Origin: a virus
Lineage: Duplodnaviria > Heunggongvirae > Uroviricota > Caudoviricetes
Reading direction: 5' to 3' (one strand)
IMG/VR virus record: IMGVR_UViG_3300042009_000026
Coordinates: 224,001-288,000 of that record
Length of the DNA stretch: 64,000 nt
In this document: positions 46,401 through 54,222 of the stretch, piece after piece
How the letters are laid out: each line of letters starts with the position of its first letter
How positions within the stretch are numbered: position 1 is the first letter of the stretch
Program-made: the position numbers and the translations under genes
Notes under the pieces: generated by a model
What the model was told of the DNA's origin: nothing
What the model saw: only the letters and a program-made list of their open reading frames with translations
Database searches by the model: none

Positions 46401-46607
46401 ATGACTGAAACAGCACGCATGTTAAAACTGGTTACAGAACAAGGTCGCAGTATATCTACGGATAAACTGTCCCTGCTCTGTATTACTGCCGATTCAATAG
46501 CTGCCGCTAATCCAGAGATCGCCAAGCGGGTTACTTCATTTGAAATGGAATGGCGCGAGATCTCTGGTACCGTGGTGCCCTTCGTAAGAATGACATTCAA
46601 TGGTTGA
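46401..46607 (+). CDS. Early hypothetical protein
   Basis: 68 aa, abuts the upstream stop (TAA ATG). Confidence 0.6.
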   Translation: MTETARMLKLVTEQGRSISTDKLSLLCITADSIAAANPEIAKRVTSFEMEWREISGTVVPFVRMTFNG

Positions 46608-46625
46608 TTGAAACTTTTTAAACAG

Positions 46626-46646
46626 CTATATTACAATTGTGAATCT
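46626..46646 (+). promoter_or_regulatory. phiKZ-type early promoter (TATATTAC)
   Basis: CTATATTACAATTGTGAATCT with upstream TTTTTAAA. Confidence 0.8.
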
Positions 46647-46669
46647 AGCCTATTAAAAGGAATCCAATC

Positions 46670-46837
46670 ATGTCGACGATCAAAATCGGTAAAGTTTCGC
46701 TCAACCTCAAAACCGGTAAAGTAAATATTGATCGCCGCACGATCAAGAAAGCTGATCCTTCTTGGCATCATGCTGCATATGTAGTAATCGGTCTGGTGGC
46801 TACAGTTGTAGTTGCCGATTATATCCGCAACAAATAA
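46670..46837 (+). CDS. Early 55-aa basic protein with C-terminal TM segment
   Basis: AAGGA RBS. MSTIKIGKVSLNLKTGKVNIDRRTIKKADPSWHHAAYVVIGLVATVVVADYIRNK. Below the track cutoff. Confidence 0.7.
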   Translation: MSTIKIGKVSLNLKTGKVNIDRRTIKKADPSWHHAAYVVIGLVATVVVADYIRNK

Positions 46838-46870
46838 ACTGAACCTCAAAAATCAAAACGGAGTAACACA

Positions 46871-47044
46871 ATGAAATTTTCTACCCTCGCTGCTGTAGCT
46901 GGTATCGGTGCTGTTGGTTTCCTGGCGTACCGCTTCCTGACTGGCAACGAAGTTCTTGAAGTTCCAACTCCAGAAGAAGCTCTTCCGGAAACTCCAGTGC
47001 TGCTTCTGCCAGCACCGACCGTGGTTGAAACTCAAGCAGAGTGA
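46871..47044 (+). CDS. Early 57-aa protein with N-terminal TM and an acidic Pro-rich tail
   Basis: GGAG RBS. MKFSTLAAVAGIGAVGFLAYRFLTGNEVLEVPTPEEALPETPVLLLPAPTVVETQAE. Confidence 0.72.
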   Translation: MKFSTLAAVAGIGAVGFLAYRFLTGNEVLEVPTPEEALPETPVLLLPAPTVVETQAE

Positions 47045-47051
47045 CATACCA

Positions 47052-47073
47052 CCCCCTCCTTCACGGGAGGGGG
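47052..47073. terminator. Hairpin terminator between convergent genes
   Basis: CCCCCTCC-TTCACG-GGAGGGGG, preceded by CATA. Confidence 0.7.
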
Positions 47074-47090
47074 CAGGTTCAATTTTCTTT

Positions 47091-47546
47091 TTATTCGTCT
47101 TGCTCTTGAGCTTCTCGGATTAGCTTCATGCGATCCTGGAATTGATCAGATGTTTCATTAACCAAACCAATGTGTTCTTCACCCTCAGCATGTTCGAAAT
47201 TACCCAGATCTTCAAGCTTGAGTTCTGGCACACGGCCTTCTGGTACATTGTGAATTTCGCCGGGTTGAATAGCAAACGGGTTCTGGTTCTTAGCTTGACG
47301 GATAATCTCAGCCATAGCGCCCAACAGATCGTTGTTAGACTTGTTGCCTTCTTGCTCGATCTGGTTACGCTTAGCAGCAATAGCAGTTTGAGTATGGTCT
47401 TTTGTAGCTTTAAGGATAATGTCAATATCATCCTTGTCGCATACACCTAGGCCTTTGGACATCTTCTCGATTACGATGCTCTCACGGATCTCTTGACCCC
47501 AGGCTAATTGTTCGTCATATGTCATGGCTTGAGCGGCGTGACTCAT
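47091..47546 (-). CDS. Hypothetical protein
   Basis: 151 aa, AAGGA RBS. Confidence 0.72.
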   Translation of the reverse strand: MSHAAQAMTYDEQLAWGQEIRESIVIEKMSKGLGVCDKDDIDIILKATKDHTQTAIAAKRNQIEQEGNKSNNDLLGAMAEIIRQAKNQNPFAIQPGEIHNVPEGRVPELKLEDLGNFEHAEGEEHIGLVNETSDQFQDRMKLIREAQEQDE

Positions 47547-47629
47547 GGTGTGCTTCCTTATTCTTTGCGAGTAATCAAATACTCAACTGATTAACAATAT
47601 ACCGTAAACGGCATTCTGGAGTTCATAAG

Positions 47630-48181
47630 ATGTTCTCGAAGATCATCAATAAATACAGGGCCTGGCGATTAAATTCCAAGCTCGAACAATATGCGGAGAT
47701 CCTCGAAGACATCGACGGGGCAAACTGCAAACCTGAAGACTACCCCGTAAAACTCAAAGAATTCTGGCGGTTGTTTGATATGTCACTGTTGGATGACCTA
47801 GTCATTCGTGATGTGATGGGGCACACCGGGCAGCTAAGGCACCGTAACTTCGCACAACTCCACCAGTTGTTGTTGGATGTAAACGATGCTATTGCCAACC
47901 AGCAAGACTCCCGGATTGAATACGTAAGTCGAACAGGCGTAATGCATCAAGCAGAAGTTGAGCTCGATAATTACTTCTTCGATCCGATCCATGGTCACTT
48001 GAACATCAAAGAGTGCCTGGAGCAACTGCGTCAACTGTTACAAGCCCATTGTGGTATCCTAGAGAACATCGAAGATACGTATGGGCAGCGCAAGATGCTA
48101 CATGTGTACTATGACATCTATACGTTGTCAGATTTGATCATTGATATCCTTCACGATAAAGGAGAAGCCTTATTCCACTAG
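47630..48181 (+). CDS. Hypothetical protein
   Basis: 183 aa, GGAG RBS. Confidence 0.72.
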   Translation: MFSKIINKYRAWRLNSKLEQYAEILEDIDGANCKPEDYPVKLKEFWRLFDMSLLDDLVIRDVMGHTGQLRHRNFAQLHQLLLDVNDAIANQQDSRIEYVSRTGVMHQAEVELDNYFFDPIHGHLNIKECLEQLRQLLQAHCGILENIEDTYGQRKMLHVYYDIYTLSDLIIDILHDKGEALFH

Positions 48182-48223
48182 ACAGGTTTTAGCACTACCA
48201 AACCCTCTTAACATCCACCGTAG

Positions 48224-48982
48224 GTGAATAGCAACATGGAATCCGTAAAAGATCTACTGACTGATCCGCTTAAAGGTAAGAATCGTGCTCAAGGTGTATT
48301 GTGCTATCTCTTTCGAGAAGTACTGCTTTGGCGACGTGTGAATCAGATCGTTTGGAATAAGCGACTGAACGCATACTTTGAAAAACCACATAACCAAGAA
48401 AAGCCAGATAAAGGAAACTTGAATAAAGCTCTCCTGAATGATGACTTGCCTTGGGCTGGGTTTAAGAAGGCGATGGATTTCCTCTCACCACTTGAAGCTA
48501 AGCTGGTGATGGATTTTACTTGGCGTGATGGCAGTAGCACTTCGTACGAGATCGTGATCGATCCAGCTGGGGATGAGAAGCTCCAGTATAAAGACGTCTT
48601 CACGTATGAAGGTTGTGACGTATTCAACAAAGCCAAAAAACCGGTATCGACATTAGCGTATCTGTTCCGACATATCATCGCCCAAGAAGGAATAGATGAG
48701 ACGCAATGGGAACAGTTGTTTAATGACTATGCTGAAAATCCTGTTAATCAAGTTGGGGTTAAGAAATCCGAACTGAACGGCACCATCAGCATGATGAAGC
48801 GAGCACTCCTAGATGGGAAACTCTCGTGGAACGTGTTTAGACGTGGTGTACTGTTGCTGAAGCCACAAAAAGAAGTGTACACCTTGAAGTTGAAGTGGAC
48901 CACAGACCCACACTTGATCAATAGCATGCCCGATCAAGAATGGTCAGCCACTATCGAAGACCCGTACAGTGAGAAAGCGTAA
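48224..48982 (+). CDS. Hypothetical protein with an internal tandem domain duplication
   Basis: L.YLFR......W......Y.E.P.NQ...ALL...L.W..F......L.P......W occurs twice. The start may be ATG 48236. Confidence 0.75.
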   Translation: MNSNMESVKDLLTDPLKGKNRAQGVLCYLFREVLLWRRVNQIVWNKRLNAYFEKPHNQEKPDKGNLNKALLNDDLPWAGFKKAMDFLSPLEAKLVMDFTWRDGSSTSYEIVIDPAGDEKLQYKDVFTYEGCDVFNKAKKPVSTLAYLFRHIIAQEGIDETQWEQLFNDYAENPVNQVGVKKSELNGTISMMKRALLDGKLSWNVFRRGVLLLKPQKEVYTLKLKWTTDPHLINSMPDQEWSATIEDPYSEKA

Positions 48983-49365
48983 TGCAAAAAGTTCTGAACC
49001 TGAGCACCATCTCCCGTGATAACCCTTTCTCGGTAGATAACCAAACTCCAAAACAAACTGCGACTGGTTTGAACTTCCGCACATACCGCGGACTCCGTAT
49101 GTATCTCATCACGGGCTCTATGGAGCCTGGATGGCTTCGTGCTGTTTACCCTCATGACTTTGCTGCCCTACATCAGAAACAAGCCGCTTACGTGTTCGTA
49201 CGCGATCTGAAGGAAATCATGAGTGGTGCTTTGCAACGTGACATCGCCACTCGACCAATGGTTGGATTGATTGCTAATCGTAAAACGGAAGTAGTTACGG
49301 CTGGCAATACATCTTCTGATTATGAATGGCGCGATATTGTTAAAGAGGTTGTAGCAGGCTTGTAA
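48982..49365 (+). CDS. Hypothetical protein
   Basis: 127 aa, TAATG coupling with the upstream gene. Confidence 0.68.
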   Translation: MQKVLNLSTISRDNPFSVDNQTPKQTATGLNFRTYRGLRMYLITGSMEPGWLRAVYPHDFAALHQKQAAYVFVRDLKEIMSGALQRDIATRPMVGLIANRKTEVVTAGNTSSDYEWRDIVKEVVAGL

Positions 49366-49377
49366 CTCCAAACAAGT

Positions 49378-49404
49378 GGCTTCCCTTCGGGGAAGCTGCT
49401 TATG
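49378..49404 (+). terminator. UUCG hairpin followed by TTATG
   Basis: GGCTTCCC-TTCG-GGGAAGCT-GCTTATG. Confidence 0.7.
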
Positions 49405-49452
49405 CCAGATCTTATGATCCTCATATTTTTTTTTTACTTCAAGGTGAGCAAA

Positions 49453-50520
49453 ATGGCAGCAATTGCACTTCCGTCTTTTCTGGGTACACCAGAAGACGCA
49501 ACAAAAGTAGTAGACGCATACGGTGAAACTAGTTCAGAACTCCGTACACAACTCTCTTCTAAGATTACATCGTTCTCTTCTGGCCTAGGTGGCGTGTTCG
49601 ATAAGACGGTTGGTATTGCTAAAGGTATCGGTAATAAGCTCCGTACTAATGCCATCGACTTACCATCAGCCATGCGGCGCGTACAAGGGGCACTGAAGGG
49701 CTCTCGATCAGATATTACTAGGATTGCTAGCTCTACTGAAAAGATGATCATGAGTGAGCTCACAGGCTCTGATAAGAACACCAACTACATCAAGACTGTA
49801 ACCGATGTAGCGAAGGGTTTAGAACTCATGGTAGGTGATGGTCGTCAAGTTATCGACTCCTTTAAGAATGGGGGTTATAACCAAGTCAGTGCAATGGTTG
49901 GGTTTATCTCTGATCTAACCGATAGTCCTAACTTAAAGCTATTCGACTTAGGTGCAGAAGCGGCTATCTTGCGTGGTGTAGTAGAAGAAGTATCTGCATG
50001 GGGCGTTCCTAGTCTGGTCGATAAGATCATGAAGGATCAACCAGATGCTACCAAGTATGCGGTAATCAAACGTTCTGCTGATCGTATCTCTTACACCAGT
50101 TCACTAGACGTATTATTGTCTTATGCCAATGTAGAGTCCAGCAAGAATATCGGCACCGAGCAAGATCCAAGATATGCTAACATTGGAGCTGGTGCACTTA
50201 ATGCCAACACCCCTGACTTTGCTATTAAGGTATTGTCTAACTTTGCATTCGTTCAAGGAATTACCGTAGGGGATTATCCAACACAACTAGCTAAGCTTGT
50301 AGAACTAATGAACAAATTAAAACCTGATTGGTTCTGGACATTACGTGGACAACAGCAAGTGTGGAACTTAGGTACTCTGGCGACAGCGTCAGAAGATGCA
50401 GTGAAGCTTTTCCTATCGTCCCCAGTATATCGGGATGCTATCTTAACCGCTCCATTCTATTCGCCAATGCGCGTGGATGAATTAGTAGATACCATGTATC
50501 CTTTAACTACAACAGCATAA
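49453..50520 (+). CDS. Virion structural protein (phiKZ gp174-like by position)
   Basis: AAGGTG RBS before ATG 49453. The track's 49402 start runs through the terminator and poly-T region. Confidence 0.6.
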   Translation: MAAIALPSFLGTPEDATKVVDAYGETSSELRTQLSSKITSFSSGLGGVFDKTVGIAKGIGNKLRTNAIDLPSAMRRVQGALKGSRSDITRIASSTEKMIMSELTGSDKNTNYIKTVTDVAKGLELMVGDGRQVIDSFKNGGYNQVSAMVGFISDLTDSPNLKLFDLGAEAAILRGVVEEVSAWGVPSLVDKIMKDQPDATKYAVIKRSADRISYTSSLDVLLSYANVESSKNIGTEQDPRYANIGAGALNANTPDFAIKVLSNFAFVQGITVGDYPTQLAKLVELMNKLKPDWFWTLRGQQQVWNLGTLATASEDAVKLFLSSPVYRDAILTAPFYSPMRVDELVDTMYPLTTTA

Positions 50521-50523
50521 CGA

Positions 50524-50554
50524 CATAATGGCTACCCTTCGGGGTAGCCTTATG
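50524..50554. terminator. Bidirectional CATA-hairpin-TATG element
   Basis: CATAAT-GGCTACCC-TTCG-GGGTAGCC-TTATG between convergent genes. Confidence 0.78.
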
Positions 50555-50567
50555 CTGTATTTTTTTG

Positions 50568-51398
50568 TTACGACATGTAGCGAGGGCGCCGAGTAGCTGG
50601 ACGACGTTCCCAACCCAGATTAGTAATCAGGTCAGATACATCGAGATGGCTAGCAGATTCCAAACCTTGAGCTTTACGCTTCTCAGCTTCATCTTGCAAG
50701 GCCCACAGAGTAGTCGGGTTAATCGTCATTTCTGTTTCAGCGAATGATTCTAGTGCAGGAGAGTTGTGCTTACCCGCTACATAGATACCACCTTCACCAA
50801 CGAAGTCCCAGGTAGAGATTTCACGAGTGTACTTAATACCACGCATTACATCGTCTTGGGTAATCGAACGTACTGAGCAATAAGTGTTGATGTGTGGATT
50901 GGTAATAGATGCTTCGAACTCTTTAGCGAAAGGACCGTAAGGTTTAACTTCAGCAATAACGAGTTTGCAAGGACGACCATTCTCATCTCGGCCATCGACA
51001 ATAGTCAATGCACGGATGTGTGCGCAAACACGATCATCATCGATCTTACGGATACGACCCAGGTATTCCCGATCGTCCATATAGCGTTTGCATTTCTCAC
51101 CATCTTTCAGAACCCATTCCCAAGGCTCAGGGTGTTTGAATTCCATGTACAGCACTTGCTTGAGCAAGCGGCGCATTAATGGAGAACCAGGTGTAAACAT
51201 TGATACACCTGATGCGGCATCATAAAACATACCGGCAGAGTTTTGGGTGCCATAAGCGCCAACGCAGAGAGTGTAATACCCATCTGCGTCAGGAGTCAGG
51301 ATGCCTTTCTTACCACCGGCAGTCAGAAGACTACCGCTAATACGTACTTGGTTACCGGCTTGCTTCTGGACACCAAAGTAATCTTGAGCTGTGCTCAT
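50568..51398 (-). CDS. Prohead (head maturation) serine protease (phiKZ gp175-like)
   Basis: EFKHP (His), CSVRS (Ser) and TWDFV (Asp) as in T4 gp21-type proteases. C-terminal autocleavage-type motifs PALE and QGLE. Confidence 0.88.
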   Translation of the reverse strand: MSTAQDYFGVQKQAGNQVRISGSLLTAGGKKGILTPDADGYYTLCVGAYGTQNSAGMFYDAASGVSMFTPGSPLMRRLLKQVLYMEFKHPEPWEWVLKDGEKCKRYMDDREYLGRIRKIDDDRVCAHIRALTIVDGRDENGRPCKLVIAEVKPYGPFAKEFEASITNPHINTYCSVRSITQDDVMRGIKYTREISTWDFVGEGGIYVAGKHNSPALESFAETEMTINPTTLWALQDEAEKRKAQGLESASHLDVSDLITNLGWERRPATRRPRYMS

Positions 51399-51409
51399 AA
51401 TGGTGTTCC

Positions 51410-52123
51410 TTACGTACGAAGAATTTCTTCAATCAGTTCTACAGACTCACTCGGGTTAACTACCGCTGTGTTGATAGCGTCAGCAAAGTAAGCACCGTTC
51501 AATCGGCTAGTGGTATCGGAGGTGTTCCAAACTACAGAGCGGAAAGGAATAACTTTAGGTGGGTTGGTGACAACATCCGAATGGTTATTCAGAATGTGTC
51601 GGTACAGTCGTGTCAGGTCGTCTTTATCACGAGCAGTTGTCGAGATAATCAGTTCCAAGATCGCACGTGAACCCAAGTTAACACCAGCATGCAGCGAAGC
51701 AGTGTCAAACATCTTGGCCATGTCGTAATAGTTCATGTACCACGGAATGTTCCCTTTAGCGACTAGTTCATCGTAAAGGTAATAAGTCAGTGTATCGTTC
51801 ACTACGAGTTGGTTGTTCACAAATACCACATCACCAGGTTCAAAAGAGAACTCAAAGTAATCAGTACCACGAACTGTAACTTTCTTAGTCGAGCTTGGAC
51901 GGATCTGCATCATTGCAATTGTGTTATCAACACCGTAATATTGGTCATTCACAATGAGAGCATAGAACCCAACGATAAAAACTTCAGAACCTAGGATCGC
52001 TAGGTCCTTATTCTGAAATCGTACAGGCACATGAATCTTAACAGGAGCATCTGTAACAGTGCTCCCATTCTCTTGTAGATGTAGGTGTTGGAACACACGC
52101 TTTGCATCGCGTGTTAACTCCAT
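51410..52123 (-). CDS. Virion RNAP-associated subunit (phiKZ gp176-like)
   Basis: 237 aa, lying between the protease and the gp177/178 homologues. The C-terminal SRL.GAYF......V.E...IE.IL resembles the RpoC tail. Confidence 0.62.
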   Translation of the reverse strand: MELTRDAKRVFQHLHLQENGSTVTDAPVKIHVPVRFQNKDLAILGSEVFIVGFYALIVNDQYYGVDNTIAMMQIRPSSTKKVTVRGTDYFEFSFEPGDVVFVNNQLVVNDTLTYYLYDELVAKGNIPWYMNYYDMAKMFDTASLHAGVNLGSRAILELIISTTARDKDDLTRLYRHILNNHSDVVTNPPKVIPFRSVVWNTSDTTSRLNGAYFADAINTAVVNPSESVELIEEILRT

Positions 52124-52395
52124 TACTTGGTCCCCTTGATCTCTTTCTCAACCTTAGCTAAGTCAGCCTTAAATTGTTTCAGTGCTTCCGCAAGATCTTC
52201 CTCATCGGAGAGATACCAGGATTCACAGATACGATCATAAGCTTTCTCTTTCTTAGCATCACCATTGGTAGACGCATTCAGTACTTCCATGCGTGCAATC
52301 AATGGCTCCATTTCTTTAGGATACTTAGAAGCGAGGTTACGTACACGGGTTGACTGGCAACCCGCTTTATGAATACGTTGATCAAGGGTTAACGC
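52123..52395 (-). CDS. 90-aa helical module, predicted -1 frameshift extension of the gp177-like protein
   Basis: The frame is open from 52416 (...GKALTLDQRIHKAGCQSTRVRNLASKYPKEMEPLIAR...). The first ATG (52311) lacks an RBS. Confidence 0.65.
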   Translation of the reverse strand, partial: ALTLDQRIHKAGCQSTRVRNLASKYPKEMEPLIARMEVLNASTNGDAKKEKAYDRICESWYLSDEEDLAEALKQFKADLAKVEKEIKGTK

Positions 52396-52401
52396 TTTCC
52401 C
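52346..52401 (-). other. Predicted -1 programmed ribosomal frameshift signal
   Basis: In-register G_GGA_AAG (52401-52395) one codon before TAA. Downstream AACCC/GGGTT pairing and the hairpin CGGGTTG-CCAGT-CAACCCG (52364-52346). Confidence 0.7.
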
Positions 52402-54014
52402 GAGTGTGCCTCGAGACTAGCATCAGTATCTTCGTCTTCAGCATCCAGTTCATCGGCTTCATCAGTCTCTTCGACCAAAGGACCTTCACCGGTAGCTGCA
52501 TCAGCGATAGCGCCTTCTGCTTCACCACCTGTAGGCTCCTCTAGTGCTGCTGGAGCTTGTTCGATAACTTCAGGCTTGAACCGTTCGACTTGGATCTGAC
52601 TGGCTGCCCAGACAGCGTACAGAGAGAACAGTGCGTTAGTGGACAGTTCACGACGAGAAGCTTCAGGAGCTTCTTGGCCAGCCTTATCCATCAGTTGCAT
52701 ATATTCCCAGTAAGTAGATTCAGGGAAGTAGATACGGCAGATCAGTTGACCGAAAGCAACGAACTCATTGCACAGTTGTTCTGGACGAACAGCACGGATA
52801 GCATCAACGACTTTATCACGCAGACCATCTACTTGCATTTCAGCAAGAGTACCTTGACCAGCTTGATTAACGAATGCTTCGATCATGTCTTGACGACGGG
52901 AACGTTCAGCATTGTCAGTAGCAGCTTGTTGGATCAGTGGATAGATAGCTTGGAACTTCTGAATGAAGTAGACCTTACGCTCTTCTAGTCGAGCTATGGT
53001 TTGGCTACCACTGTTTTCCAGAGCAGAACCCAGGACAGCAGACAGGTCGCCATTAGCAGCACGCCATTGTGGTTCAACGTCACCATTCAGCCATACCACT
53101 AGACGACGGTTCTCGATTGCATTAGCTGCTTCAGCGCGGAGTACCAGCACGCCATTGCGCTGGTCTTCAGCACGACGCTGATAAGCACGCAACAGATAAG
53201 CACCAATCATCTCGTGAAGCATACGCATCACATGCATCCATTCTTCGTAGCCTACATTCATCTCGCCTACTGGTTCGCATGGGTTCTCACCCAGGTGACC
53301 ACACAGGAAGTATGCCAGCAACAGACCATCAATGTTGAAAGGAGCATTAGTCCCAACAACGAAAGAAAGTTCACCAACAGTAAGAGCTTTGTTACGATTG
53401 AACAAGTCAGCATAAGTACGGCTGATGACTTCTGGATCTACACCCAGCAACCATTCGGTAATTTGTTCACGTTCAGCATGTGGGTTATTGATCGAGACCA
53501 TTTCGATGATCTGTTCAACACCTTGAGCTGGGAGAATAAATGTACGGTATTGAGGTTGTGGATTTACGTTTGCATAGTTCTGCAAATGAGAAGTCAAACG
53601 TGGTTCCGAATGGATAGCATTGTAACGGAAGATGTCAGCACGAATATCAGCAGAAGTAGAAGCTTGCTGACGTTCATTGAAGTCACGTACCATCGAGTCA
53701 ATACCCGGAATAACAACGTTGGCTACATTGTACTGGATCTTACCCAGAGCAGCAGCAACCAGACTGACCATATCCTTGTTGTCTTCTTCGACAGTGATAG
53801 GTTGTTCTTCGTTCATTTCGGTAAAGTGATCTTCAACCGATGCAACGAGTTCATCGGATACTTCTGGACCGGCGGTAGGTTCATCTACAGCATAGCCGCT
53901 TGCGAACTGAGCAACAGGAAACTCAGGATTCGGAACGACCAGCACTTGACTCGATTCAGTCAGTTGTTGTGCAATCAGTTTTACAGACTGCACGGTGTTG
54001 GCGATATCAGACAT
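52389..54014 (-). CDS. Virion head protein (phiKZ gp177-like) with an acidic C-terminal tail
   Basis: AAAGGA RBS before ATG 54014 (MSDIANTV). Ends ...EDEDTDASLEAHSGKR. Confidence 0.72.
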   Translation of the reverse strand: MSDIANTVQSVKLIAQQLTESSQVLVVPNPEFPVAQFASGYAVDEPTAGPEVSDELVASVEDHFTEMNEEQPITVEEDNKDMVSLVAAALGKIQYNVANVVIPGIDSMVRDFNERQQASTSADIRADIFRYNAIHSEPRLTSHLQNYANVNPQPQYRTFILPAQGVEQIIEMVSINNPHAEREQITEWLLGVDPEVISRTYADLFNRNKALTVGELSFVVGTNAPFNIDGLLLAYFLCGHLGENPCEPVGEMNVGYEEWMHVMRMLHEMIGAYLLRAYQRRAEDQRNGVLVLRAEAANAIENRRLVVWLNGDVEPQWRAANGDLSAVLGSALENSGSQTIARLEERKVYFIQKFQAIYPLIQQAATDNAERSRRQDMIEAFVNQAGQGTLAEMQVDGLRDKVVDAIRAVRPEQLCNEFVAFGQLICRIYFPESTYWEYMQLMDKAGQEAPEASRRELSTNALFSLYAVWAASQIQVERFKPEVIEQAPAALEEPTGGEAEGAIADAATGEGPLVEETDEADELDAEDEDTDASLEAHSGKR

Positions 54015-54024
54015 GATGTTTCCT

Positions 54025-54222
54025 TTAGATTGCGAGTTGTTTAGCAATACGGGCAGCCAGGGCTTCCTGGATGTCTTGCTTAGTTAGGAATACCCCGTTC
54101 AATGTGGACGAAGTATGTTCGGTGCCGAGGATGCGCAGAATTGCTTCTGCGCCCAGTTCGACAGCGGCAGACAGAATCGAAAGATTCTGCCCGTGTGCGA
54201 CGTTGTTACTTAGATTTTGCAT
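54025..54222 (-). CDS. Small hypothetical protein
   Basis: AGAGGA RBS before ATG 54222, overlapping the end of the RNAP gene. Confidence 0.62.
   Translation of the reverse strand: MQNLSNNVAHGQNLSILSAAVELGAEAILRILGTEHTSSTLNGVFLTKQDIQEALAARIAKQLAI

Noticed and set aside
53214-54044. 276-aa plus-strand ORF
   Set aside because: Entirely antisense to the gp177-like gene, with atypical composition and no RBS. Explained by codon bias.
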